Below, one piece after another: positions 49,847-60,300 of a stretch of DNA of 64,000 nt (its first letter is position 1; every line of letters starts with the position of its first letter). The stretch is from a virus: IMG/VR virus record IMGVR_UViG_3300002835_000013; one strand, given 5' to 3'. The notes under the pieces were generated by a model. The model did no database searches. It was not told where the DNA came from and saw only the letters and a list, made by a program, of their open reading frames with translations. The position numbers and the translations under genes were made by a program.

Positions 49847-51262
49847 TTAGAAGTTGCCTCCGTCGAGCATTCCGAACTGTGGAATACCAGAAGCAGCTAC
49901 TTGTAGAACATTACCTTCGGTACCTGCCGATGTGACAAGTATTCCACCAGTTCCATTGCCAAATAGAATACCGTTTGTGTTAAAGGTATTGCGGCCGGTA
50001 CCACCATAATTTACTAGTAGTGTTCCAGTATTGACATAAGAAGCGTTGGCTGCATGAATATCGGCTGTATTTGCTGTATCAAAAGCAGCATTAGCTACAG
50101 TATATCCAGCGTTTACTGAGGTGTATGCTGCATTTACAACTAGATATGCTGCGTTAACGGATGTATAAGCCGCATTTGTTACGACATAATTGGCGTTTGC
50201 TGATGTATACGCTGCATTGACAACATCAAAAGCAGCATTTGTTAGAGTATAATTTGCATTGGATGATGTATAAGCAGCATTTGTGACATTAAAGTTAGCA
50301 TTTGCTAGTGTATATGCAGAGTTGGTTGTATCAAAGTTTGTCTTGATCCAAACATAAGTGTTGGCACCGTTTAGTCTAAGATTGCTGGTAATAATGTCAG
50401 CATTAAGAACAGCTAACTGGAAACCATTAGCGTTTGGATCGATGTGATTTCCACTTGGTTCCTCAGAATATCCTTGGAATAGATAGTATTCCTTAGATGA
50501 ATGTTCACGATAAAGACCAGTGTGTAGATTGGCAGAACCGTTGTTATAATTTGCGATGAAACCGATGTCTACGATATCGGAAGAATAGTTGTTACCAGCA
50601 AGATATAGTAGAGGATCCGAAACTCTTAGAACTTCCGCATCTACTATGAAAGTGTTACCAGAAAGTGTGAGATTGCCTACGATGTTGACGTTACCTGTGA
50701 TTGTACCGCCAGCAGAAGCAAATTTAGTATTAGCAAGATCGAAGGCTGCATTTGCTACACCATAGCCAGCATTCGATGAAGTATAAGCTGCATTTACTAC
50801 GGCATAAGCTGCATTTACAGAGGTGTATGCTGCATTTGTTACGACATAGTTAGCGTTTGCAGATGTATATGCTGCATTAACAACATCGAAAGCGGCATTT
50901 GTCACTAAATAATTGGCATTTGCCATTGTGTATGCAGCATTTGTCACATCGAAGTTAGCATTAGCAAGAGTATATGCAGAATTTGTTGTATTAAACGTTA
51001 GATTAAGTAGCGAATAGATAGAGTTGCCGCTGGTAAAACCCGAATTTGATACGGTGAATGCTGCATTTACTAGATCAAAAATAGTATTTTGCTGATCAAT
51101 AAAGAACTTACCGCCGATGACAACTGAAGCTGTTCCATCAGATGAACCTATGAATAACTTTTCCGAAAGGTAAGAATAGGCTGGTTCTGCCGCAGCAAGA
51201 GAACCTCCTAATGGCGTAGTTGTAACGCTCGATCTCTTGATTTGGATTCTTGTGTTAGACAT
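49847..51262 (-). CDS. Tail fibre / collar fibre protein
   Basis: IQIKRS N-terminus, NAAYTSA heptads, DGGNF end. Confidence 0.75.
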   Translation of the reverse strand: MSNTRIQIKRSSVTTTPLGGSLAAAEPAYSYLSEKLFIGSSDGTASVVIGGKFFIDQQNTIFDLVNAAFTVSNSGFTSGNSIYSLLNLTFNTTNSAYTLANANFDVTNAAYTMANANYLVTNAAFDVVNAAYTSANANYVVTNAAYTSVNAAYAVVNAAYTSSNAGYGVANAAFDLANTKFASAGGTITGNVNIVGNLTLSGNTFIVDAEVLRVSDPLLYLAGNNYSSDIVDIGFIANYNNGSANLHTGLYREHSSKEYYLFQGYSEEPSGNHIDPNANGFQLAVLNADIITSNLRLNGANTYVWIKTNFDTTNSAYTLANANFNVTNAAYTSSNANYTLTNAAFDVVNAAYTSANANYVVTNAAYTSVNAAYLVVNAAYTSVNAGYTVANAAFDTANTADIHAANASYVNTGTLLVNYGGTGRNTFNTNGILFGNGTGGILVTSAGTEGNVLQVAASGIPQFGMLDGGNF

Positions 51263-51265
51263 TTC

Positions 51266-51508
51266 TTAAAATTCTCCTCCGTTTATGATGGGTATTTCTC
51301 TTACAATAAATTTACCACTTACCTCATCATAAACTAGCGTCTCATTGTTATCTACATCGGAAGCGTCTACATCTCTCAACTCTTGAATAGTGTCGATGAT
51401 GGGTCCTCCACCAACAGCTCCTCCAGTATTTATCGCAATGCGATTTTTAGCGGGAGCAGTGACATTGACATTCTGTTTTCTTGGTTTGATTGTTATTCTT
51501 GTTCCCAT
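51266..51508 (-). CDS. Small virion-associated protein
   Basis: L.DVD......TLVYD...KF, NGGEF end. Confidence 0.6.
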   Translation of the reverse strand: MGTRITIKPRKQNVNVTAPAKNRIAINTGGAVGGGPIIDTIQELRDVDASDVDNNETLVYDEVSGKFIVREIPIINGGEF

Positions 51509-51512
51509 GTCG

Positions 51513-51857
51513 TTACTTCGTTATTGCAGGAGAGACGATGATTATTCCTTCGATCAGTCTAGACGTTGCATTATTTGATTCAGTATCAACAACTCGAATA
51601 TCATAAAAGTAGCTTCCTGGTCTTAGATTTGCAGTATTAGCGGCCGCCAGTGAAATCATAATTTCTCCATTGGCAGGATCTGTAATCTGACAGTTAAATG
51701 TTTCAGCAGCATTAGCTGATACTAGAGACCGTCTTAATTTACCCGACACAACATATCCAGAAACATTTTGAGCCAAGTTTGTGTCATCATCATTTAAATT
51801 GATGTATGTGCTAAAGTCTGTTCCTTGATCTATCTGAAATTCTACGTATTCGGCCAT
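51513..51857 (-). CDS. Ig-like virion adaptor protein
   Basis: IDQG.DF, G.I.+SL....T..L..G.Y.YD, R..EG...V.P. Confidence 0.65.
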   Translation of the reverse strand: MAEYVEFQIDQGTDFSTYINLNDDDTNLAQNVSGYVVSGKLRRSLVSANAAETFNCQITDPANGEIMISLAAANTANLRPGSYFYDIRVVDTESNNATSRLIEGIIIVSPAITK

Positions 51858-52438
51858 TGGAATATACTTTCGTTGATAACTGTGGTATTGAATGCGGCGT
51901 TTAGCTGATCAATTATCTCTTGAACCGCCTGTTTTCTTTCTGGATCAAGATTCTGAATTTGTTCAGGAGTCATACCAACAATTCCTAGCTCTAACATCTT
52001 GCTTGCCATTTCTTTGACTAATTCATCAAAGTCTTCCGGTTTTTCTATCCAACTGTTAGTGACGCTAGACCACACATATAGTTTGCCATCATCCGGTGGA
52101 GGAACTGGTGCATTGACATCTGCCGCCATTTTCTCATTCATAAGTCTAGTTGTTTCTTGTGCTTCCTGAATGAGTTCTTCGTCTGTAACTTCTCTGATAT
52201 GAAAAAAGTCTGTCCACACAGGAGTGCCATATTCTTGTGATAGTTCTTCGTCCAACTCGTAAGTTACATAATCAACTCTATGCATAGGATCGAGTTCTGG
52301 TGGAAGTTTTCTAACAAATCTGGCATATCCTTCTGGCGGATTATTGACATCCAAATCAGGAAAAAAGAACTTCATATTGTCCTCATGTAGAGGATGATCT
52401 ACGGGTTTACCGTCTTCTATTTTTATTATTAGATTCAT
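51842..52438 (-). CDS. Putative tail-fibre-associated / assembly protein
   Basis: LIIKIEDGKPVDHP...PEGYARF; P.P.DGK.Y.W....W; start at ATG 52438. Confidence 0.55.
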   Translation of the reverse strand: MNLIIKIEDGKPVDHPLHEDNMKFFFPDLDVNNPPEGYARFVRKLPPELDPMHRVDYVTYELDEELSQEYGTPVWTDFFHIREVTDEELIQEAQETTRLMNEKMAADVNAPVPPPDDGKLYVWSSVTNSWIEKPEDFDELVKEMASKMLELGIVGMTPEQIQNLDPERKQAVQEIIDQLNAAFNTTVINESIFQWPNT

Positions 52439-52442
52439 CGAA

Positions 52443-53135
52443 TTAACTCCAAGCAATATAAACCCAACCAGAACCACCAGCACCGCCCGGCGCTGCTCTA
52501 CATCCATCAGCTATGCCCACGCCGCCGCCTCCGACGCTAAAGTTAAGTGTGGCACCATATGCAGGACCGTTTACCGCTTTTGTCCAGGAAATCTCGACGA
52601 AACCGCCTCTACCTCCAGCGGCACCATTACTGACAGAGCAGTTAACACCGCCAGGAATTCCGCCCGCACCAGATGATCCTCCGCCGCCTGTATTGCCATT
52701 TTGGTTATTACCACCATTAGCGCCCGCAGCACCACCGCAGTTGGCACCGCCGCCTCCACCATTCGAGACTACGCCGTTGAAACTTGTTTGGGCGCCAGCA
52801 GTTCCAGCACTACTAGCACAGAAGTTGACGCAACCATAAGTGAAAAACTGACCACCACAGCCACCTCCACCGCCACCACCGCCTCCGGCGACTTGTGCGT
52901 ATAGTGTCTTATAAGGAACAACTGCCCAGCTATAACTTCCTGGTGCGTAGTATGATCCACCCGTATTACCAGCAGTGGGCTTGCTATATGCACTATTCAT
53001 GCCAATCGTGCCAGATGAAATACCTAGCAATGCTCTAACATCGCTATCATTTAGAGACACTTGTGTAGAATAGTTGTTATAAACAATCCAAGCAATATCA
53101 GAAAATGAAATCGCACCAGAACTCGGAGTTGGCAT
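52443..53135 (-). CDS. Glycine-rich putative adhesin (gp38-like)
   Basis: P.SGAISFSDI start, poly-Gly runs, several Cys, terminal VYIAWS. Confidence 0.6.
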   Translation of the reverse strand: MPTPSSGAISFSDIAWIVYNNYSTQVSLNDSDVRALLGISSGTIGMNSAYSKPTAGNTGGSYYAPGSYSWAVVPYKTLYAQVAGGGGGGGGGCGGQFFTYGCVNFCASSAGTAGAQTSFNGVVSNGGGGGANCGGAAGANGGNNQNGNTGGGGSSGAGGIPGGVNCSVSNGAAGGRGGFVEISWTKAVNGPAYGATLNFSVGGGGVGIADGCRAAPGGAGGSGWVYIAWS

Positions 53136-53138
53136 TTA

Positions 53139-56100
53139 TTAGTTTCCTTTTGACTTTAGATAATCAACTTCTTGTTTTAAGCTATCAACTTCTTGTTTTA
53201 GCTCTCTCACGGATTCCACTAGTAGCGCAATCAACTGTTGATTCATCTTAATTGTCTTGTAATCTTTGTCAAATGGAGCGGCGGCTACTGCTTCTGGTAG
53301 TACCTTTTCGACATCTTGTGCTAATAGTCCGACATCAGTGCCACGCATTGGTTGTGTCGTGTCTTCTCTCCAATCGAATCTTACGCCTCTTAGAGACAAC
53401 AAGTCTGCCAAAGGAGTTTCCGAAACTGGACGAAGATTTGTTTTTAGTCTTTCGTCAGAAGAATATGCTACAATGTTTCCTGCAGCAGTAAATGTTCCGC
53501 CAGATATCTCGAAAATGAATGGATTAGCTTCCCAAGCTAAAGTTGATCTATTAACACGACCAAATCTTAGTTCGTTGGTACCAGACTCGCCGCCCATATG
53601 TAACCATAGATAGCTATTATATTGACCACCTAGATAGAATCCTGTCCAACCAGAAGAAACTATATGTCTTAGACTATCTGTGAAAGTCTTTATTCCAGCA
53701 ATCGACTGATCTCCAACAGTGTATACACCGTTAGTAACCGAACCAGCCGATGATGCGCTTCCCGCAGATGCAGCATATGACACGCTAAAGTTGGAAGGAT
53801 TATATACTTGATGAGATACACCATCATTAGATCCCCATAACCAGCTAGGCTGACCTGCCTGCAATGACCAATTAAAGGTCATAGCGGTTCCGTTACCACC
53901 ACCCTGAGCAAGTGTGGACGCCTTAGCCGCTAAAGTTGCTGAAGATGCTGAAGATGCAGAACCTGAAATACTTATACCCCACGTACCAGTGGCGCCAACA
54001 CCAGACTTGGTAGGATATGTAGCGGCTGCATAATTATTAGCAGAAGTTCCTACAACCTGAGCATAAGCGTTGCCTGCATTGCCCACAGAAACAGCAAAAG
54101 ATGTGGCATAGTTATTGGCAGCCGTTGTTGATGTATTGGTGTATGCTCTAGCAACAATTAGATTAGCGTCAACGATTGTTCTGGCAAATGTATTAGAAGC
54201 ATTTGCCATTGCTCCAGCATAGTTGTTTGAAGAAGCACCGATATTTGATACAATACTATTTGCCCACGTATTAGATGCTGCACCAACCAGAATAGCATAT
54301 CCATTAGCACCGGCCGAAACGCCATTGGCCTTGGCAAAAGCCGCCGTAGTGTTTTGTGTTACAGATTCAATATCTGCATTTGAAGCGATTCGTCTATAAT
54401 TTGTGCCATCATTAGTAAATGTCCAACTATCACTCGTTTCATTCCAGAGAACAGCAACATTAGCAGATGAACCACGATTGATTTCGATACCTGCATCTTG
54501 TGTTGGTGCAGTTGCGATTGGTAAATCAGCATTTAATGTAACAATATTATCGCCTACAGCTAGTGTATTTGTATTGACATATGTTGTGGTTCCCAATACA
54601 GTTAGATTACCTGTGATGGAAAGATCACTACCAATTGATTGCTGTGACGCAGAAGACAATTTAACAAATCTACTATCGGTCCAGGACTGAACAAATGTAT
54701 TGACGTTATTAGCAACTACGCCTGCCTGATTAGCTGCGCCAAATCCCGATGCAGCATTTGTGGCGACGCCTGCAAAAGTCATTCCAGCAACTGTCAATCC
54801 TGTAGAAATGCTTGCTGAACCAGAAACATCTAGTGTGGTGGATGGTGTGATGGTTCCTACACCTAGTCTTGTATTCAGTTGATCGATGAATAAAACATTT
54901 GTTGTATTACCAATGCGAATATTGTTCGCTGTGATAATTTGCCCACCAAAGTATTGAATATAATCAGAAGATGCGTTACCAAGTATAATGTTACCAGTGG
55001 TTCTCATATCGCCGTCGATGTCAAGTTTAAGTGAACCAGCAGCGGTACCTAGACCAACATTGCCTGTGATAGTCATATTGCCGGCAAAGACAGCTCCAGA
55101 TGTATTAGGAAGAGCCGCATTTGCTCTAGCGAAAGCGGCAGTGGTATTGATAGAAACGCCGTTAGCGAAACCAAAAGCTGCGGCAGAATTTGTTGCTGTT
55201 CCGTTTGCTAATGCGAAAACTGCTGCTGTATTAACCGAAACACCATTAGCAAAAGTGAAGGCAGAATTAGTTAACGCAAATACTGTGTTAGTGACACCGA
55301 AAGACGTATTTACAACACCGAAGGCACCATTTGCTTTACCAAATGCTTGATTGGCAGCAAGAAAAGCTCCGTTTGCTGTGTTAAACGATACTTGATTTTC
55401 TATAATAATATTAGCAGCATTAGCACCTAGCTGTAGTGCTAATCCTACAGCATCGTTCGCACGATCACGGGCCGTGTTTGCTTGATCATATCCAGCATTA
55501 GCTACTGCATAACCAGAAGTGAGATTAGCGTTTACACCGTTGGCAAAACCAAAGATAGTATTTGCAAAGTTATAGACCGTATTTGTTCTTCCAAAAGCAG
55601 AGTTAGTAACACCAAAAGCAGAGTTAACTACAACATATGCGGCTGACAATCTTACATTGTCTGTATTAGATTGAGTGAATGCAGCATTTACTGTATTAAA
55701 AGCTCCTGTCAGTCTAACATTATCAGTATTTGCTTGTGTGAATGCAGAATTAACAACTGCAAATGCAGAATTTGTTACGACATAGTTGGCATTAGCGGAA
55801 GTATAAGCAGCATTTAATACAGTGAATGCGCCTGTCAGTCTGACATTGTCCGTATTAGCCTGTGCGAAAACTGAATTTGTTACGACGTAGTTGGCATTGG
55901 CACTAGTATAAGCTGCATTCAATACCGTAAATGCTCTGGTAAGTCTAACGTTGTCTGTGTTTGCTTGAGTGAAAGCGGAGTTTAATACAACATAGGCAGC
56001 GGACAATCTGACATTATCAGTATTGGCCTGCTCGAATACGGAATTGGTCACTTCATAGTTAGAATTGGCAGATGTATAGGCCGCATTTAATACATTAAAC

Positions 56101-56333
56101 GCTCTGGTAAGTCTAACGTTATCTGTATTTGCTTGTGTGAAAGCAGAATTTAACACTACATATGCCGCAGATAATCTAACGTTATCTGTATTAGACTGGA
56201 CGAAAACGGCATTGGTTGTCTGAAACACCAAGTTCATCTTGGCGTGCTGCTCATTCGCATAGAGAATTATCTGATTGGTTTTTGTTCTCCACTGATCAAA
56301 TGTATCAGTAAGGTTTACGTTTGCTAATCCCAT
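53139..56333 (-). CDS. Tail fibre with QANTDNVRL repeats and C-terminal S74-like chaperone
   Basis: TDTFDQWR.KTN N-terminus; SDERLKTN...GLLAQDVE.VLPEAV. Confidence 0.85.
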   Translation of the reverse strand: MGLANVNLTDTFDQWRTKTNQIILYANEQHAKMNLVFQTTNAVFVQSNTDNVRLSAAYVVLNSAFTQANTDNVRLTRAFNVLNAAYTSANSNYEVTNSVFEQANTDNVRLSAAYVVLNSAFTQANTDNVRLTRAFTVLNAAYTSANANYVVTNSVFAQANTDNVRLTGAFTVLNAAYTSANANYVVTNSAFAVVNSAFTQANTDNVRLTGAFNTVNAAFTQSNTDNVRLSAAYVVVNSAFGVTNSAFGRTNTVYNFANTIFGFANGVNANLTSGYAVANAGYDQANTARDRANDAVGLALQLGANAANIIIENQVSFNTANGAFLAANQAFGKANGAFGVVNTSFGVTNTVFALTNSAFTFANGVSVNTAAVFALANGTATNSAAAFGFANGVSINTTAAFARANAALPNTSGAVFAGNMTITGNVGLGTAAGSLKLDIDGDMRTTGNIILGNASSDYIQYFGGQIITANNIRIGNTTNVLFIDQLNTRLGVGTITPSTTLDVSGSASISTGLTVAGMTFAGVATNAASGFGAANQAGVVANNVNTFVQSWTDSRFVKLSSASQQSIGSDLSITGNLTVLGTTTYVNTNTLAVGDNIVTLNADLPIATAPTQDAGIEINRGSSANVAVLWNETSDSWTFTNDGTNYRRIASNADIESVTQNTTAAFAKANGVSAGANGYAILVGAASNTWANSIVSNIGASSNNYAGAMANASNTFARTIVDANLIVARAYTNTSTTAANNYATSFAVSVGNAGNAYAQVVGTSANNYAAATYPTKSGVGATGTWGISISGSASSASSATLAAKASTLAQGGGNGTAMTFNWSLQAGQPSWLWGSNDGVSHQVYNPSNFSVSYAASAGSASSAGSVTNGVYTVGDQSIAGIKTFTDSLRHIVSSGWTGFYLGGQYNSYLWLHMGGESGTNELRFGRVNRSTLAWEANPFIFEISGGTFTAAGNIVAYSSDERLKTNLRPVSETPLADLLSLRGVRFDWREDTTQPMRGTDVGLLAQDVEKVLPEAVAAAPFDKDYKTIKMNQQLIALLVESVRELKQEVDSLKQEVDYLKSKGN

Positions 56334-56334
56334 G

Positions 56335-56538
56335 TTACTCTAAAACCTTCTTTAGCATTTCTTTGATTTCTTGTAAGTCGTTTTTCAGTGAAGATACTTC
56401 TTCCTTCATATTATCGATTTCTTTATCTCTATTCTTTCTTGCTTTATATGCAGCAAGAGCGTTACTATCTTTATTTATAAGAAATCCCTCGGGGCTTCTG
56501 TAAATGCCTGGAATATCTGTTTTGGCTTCTCTACTCAT
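56335..56538 (-). CDS. Small coiled-coil protein
   Basis: IN.D...Y...+....L..D+.EIK.ML; typical after the large virion gene. Confidence 0.65.
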   Translation of the reverse strand: MSREAKTDIPGIYRSPEGFLINKDSNALAAYKARKNRDKEIDNMKEEVSSLKNDLQEIKEMLKKVLE

Positions 56539-57317
56539 CTTAGTCCGACTCTGGCATTCAATAGATCGGTAATGACTTTTCTTTCGTCAAATTTCTCTAC
56601 GTCTTCTGGTCTATCTACGCAACCATGTAACTCGCAAACAAACTTGATAGCCTCTAACCACTTGGCAATAATGTCTGGATCATAGTTTAGGGTTCTCATG
56701 ACCTTCTTACCGGCGGTATCAATAAACTTAGGAGGTATAACTACGCACCCAAGACATACATGATGATCGGTGACTGTCACATTATAGTCAAAACCATAGC
56801 ACGCTTTAGGCTTTCTAGTAACCACTGTGTCGTCATAAATCTTTAGCGAGTCATAGATGTCCGCAACACCATAAACTTTGGCAGTATTGAGAACCTCGGC
56901 ATTGTTTCTTACAATGGCTCTACCAAAGACTTCGGCGTGATCATATACAAGAGCGTTATCCATAACACGGCAGTCCTCGTATATCTTGGCATGACCAGAA
57001 ACTCTGGCATTATTATAGACTTGAGCCGTGTCAAATACCTGGGCATCACCGTAAACTCTGGCATTTCCATACACCCTAGCATTTCCATAAACTTTGGCAT
57101 GGTCGTTTATGATAGCATTGCCAGTTACTTTGGCCTCGCCATAAACAATAGCATATGGACCTACGTAACAATCTTCATCAACATGTGCGGTTTCTGCTAC
57201 CCATCCACCGCCTTTTTGATGTTGATGGGCAGGTACTTTCTGCCCATCTCCAAAATCAACAATCTTTACTTCTGTAATACCGAGTTCACTAGCATCAAAA
57301 CTAAAAGTCATATTCAC
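56535..57317 (-). CDS. Left-handed beta-helix (hexapeptide repeat) protein
   Basis: GGWVA.TA.V, repeated A.VYGN/A.VYGD hexapeptides. Confidence 0.8.
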   Translation of the reverse strand: MNMTFSFDASELGITEVKIVDFGDGQKVPAHQHQKGGGWVAETAHVDEDCYVGPYAIVYGEAKVTGNAIINDHAKVYGNARVYGNARVYGDAQVFDTAQVYNNARVSGHAKIYEDCRVMDNALVYDHAEVFGRAIVRNNAEVLNTAKVYGVADIYDSLKIYDDTVVTRKPKACYGFDYNVTVTDHHVCLGCVVIPPKFIDTAGKKVMRTLNYDPDIIAKWLEAIKFVCELHGCVDRPEDVEKFDERKVITDLLNARVGLR

Positions 57318-57320
57318 TCC

Positions 57321-60300
57321 TTATTTCTGTAGGGCGATTGCTCTCAAATCTCCAACTCTTGGTACGACGGCTGTATTTTCTCCGTCGTTTAGTAGACCAA
57401 CCTTGATAGCGAAATACTTATATGACTGATAAGTTACACCATTATCTGTTGTATAAGAAATAACATTTGATGTTCCACCGATTAGAGCGGCAGGACGTCC
57501 TAGAGTTGTGATAACTGTGTTACCGACAACATTTCCTGTTGCTGTATTGACAACATTAGCGGACTCGCCAGCAGCGAAGCCAGATGCGCTCATTACATAG
57601 ATGGCGCCGTTACCGCTACCCTCTACACTATTGACAATAGAATAGAATCCAGATGTTAGTCCATCAAGTCTATTGCCAGGAATAATAGATGTCTGATTGG
57701 CGTTGGCACCAAGCTTGGTGCTATTAAGTGTCAATCTATCAACAGTTGATAATGGAACAAGATAAGTGTATTCAATAAAGTCATCAAGATTATCGATTGA
57801 TGAATATCTTACATCACCTGGTGAACGCTTATAAAGTTCGACCCATGGTCTTTCAGCAACTGGTGTATCATCTTCGGCGTTTAGAACCTTTAGCCAAACC
57901 TTTACGTCTGTTCCTGGTGGACGATATGCAGTTAGCATAACCTGCATGTCTTCTGCATCTTGTCCTTCTGCTAGTGTAACAACCTTTGAGATATACTTGT
58001 TTAGAAGTAGACCATGTGTCGGTAGTGTTTCACCGGCAGTATCGTTATTGATGATGTTATCGATAAGAACACAGTGGGTTCTGGACACATCAATTACTGG
58101 AGAAACGGAATTAGATGCTGTTCTCATGTTGACCTGAACATTCATAGAGCGTTGGTTGCTTAGTTGAGAAATCTCTAGTGATTTAGAGAATAGTCCCTGT
58201 TCGGTCTTGAAGTAATATGTCTCGGATGGATCAACATCAATGAATGATCCAAATGTTCCATCTACATTTGTTGGTCTAACCTTGAAGTTGATATCGGTTA
58301 GCTCAAAACTTAGGAATGATGGCTCAAATGACATGGTAGAATATCTAAAGTTAGAGATGGACTCTACTCTTTCGAGTCTACCACGCTTGCTCCAATCGGT
58401 CGCAGCAATAACATAATCGCCATTGACGAATCCGCCACCTGAACCAGTTAGATGAACAAGAGAGGTGTCAGGACCATCTACATAATAGCTTAGTGTTCCA
58501 TAGGCATTATACTTGTCACTAATGGTTGCTGAAACACCCTTATAGAGTGAGTTAGCGGCATGGAGAACATTGATAACTTCGCCATCGAAGTATCCAGTAT
58601 TGGAACAATGTATTAGACCACCAGCAACGCTTACGACGGTGCTATTCTGGAATGATGTGCGACCATTGATAATATCACCTACAGCAATCGAACCATTGGC
58701 TCCTGATAGTGTTAGCTTATCACCGGAGATGAATGGCTCACCGTAGTTATCAATGAAGTTGATACTCTCATTCTTGACGAATAGTTTATCCATCGATCTA
58801 TTGCCAAGATATGCAATACCATCAACATCCTTAACGAAGTCGGCACGATAGAACTTGACAGCAAGGTCAACGTCTGGAATAATATCCCAGTTTGTATTGT
58901 TGTTTGTCTGATAGAATGTGCCTGTACCACGACGATCAACAACTGGTCCAAGACCATTGATATCTGTCTGGCCGAGTCTTGAAATCCAAACATAAACATC
59001 TGGATTAGCGTTTAGCGGATGGATGATAAATGCATACTGTGTATCGTTATACAAGAATACAGGTGCAGGGAAGACAACCTTACATGGATTTGTTCTACCA
59101 TTTGGCGAAATTGGAACAGTTGCAGGATTATTGAAGAACACTTCCGAATAAGGAACAGTGTTTCTTGTAATCTGTTGACCAGCATCCATTTCACGGATTT
59201 CACACCAGAATCCCTGTCTACCAATTCTTGACACGAAGATATCAACGCTTGTCAAGAAAATACCTTCTTCTCCCTTAGGCGCTCTTGCCAAGAAAGAGTA
59301 TGCGGTACAAGAGTGAGACGCAGGTGGTGGTGGAGGTGGAGCAGCAATTGACTCCCACTCGGATGATGATGTGTCCTGTCTAATTGCCTCTGTATGATAA
59401 GAGACAGTCTTAGTTGATAGAATCGAACGCTGCTTAGATACGGCTGTACCAGATGCTGTGAATAGTGCCTGACCTCCTGTTGAGATATCAGCAGGAACTT
59501 CTGTTCTGTTTCTAACGGCGTTAGGATCAACAGGTGTTCTACTGTCAATAACTAGAACTGGACGCTGACCAACTCTAAACTGACCACGTGGAATCTGCAT
59601 CTGGAATGTTAGAACGCCATCCTTGTCGGTAACTAGTGTAGAACCTAGTGGAATCCAGTTTTCAAGATTAGAAGGAAAAGCCGGAGTTGTTATGTTATTA
59701 GCAGATGAAGTGCCTCTTGTTAGATCAATAACCGTATTTGATGGTAGACCTGGTTGATTAGCAATGATCCAACCAAACTGATTAGCAGTAACTGGTCGAG
59801 CATTGTTAGCCATTGGCACACTATCAAAGTATGGCCACATTTGGGTGAATGGCTTCATGCCGGTGCAGCGAACTGTAATCATTTGCTGACGAATGTATGG
59901 ATAAGACTGAATATCAACAATCTTATAGCCGCTCTCAACTACGTCTGCGCTATTTGTCTCCCAATACTGTGTACCAGTTCTCTGATTGTTATAAACGGTT
60001 TCAATCGTTACACCTGATCCGCCAATTGGATTGTTAGCGTTTGCTGCCGCACGGGCAGAGTCATAAGTTGAATATGTGCCTACGAGTGTTTTACCAGCAC
60101 CACTTCCTCTATAGACCTTATATCCTGTAACCCATCTCTTCCATGCGTTCCATGTGGTGTTGACTAGTGTATCAACTACACCTACGGTTGCATTAGCCTT
60201 GAAGGTGCCGAAGTTTGTATTTGCTTGTCTTACTTCATTGTTAGAAGATAGAACGACAACTTCCATACCATACTGTTCGGTAGAGTATCTAACATTAGCA

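Noticed and set aside
44120-56333. Repeats in fibre genes as a possible CRISPR array or DGR template/variable repeat pair
   Set aside because: The repeats are in-frame coding units without unique spacers; there is no adenine-specific mismatch pattern and no reverse transcriptase or cas gene in the window
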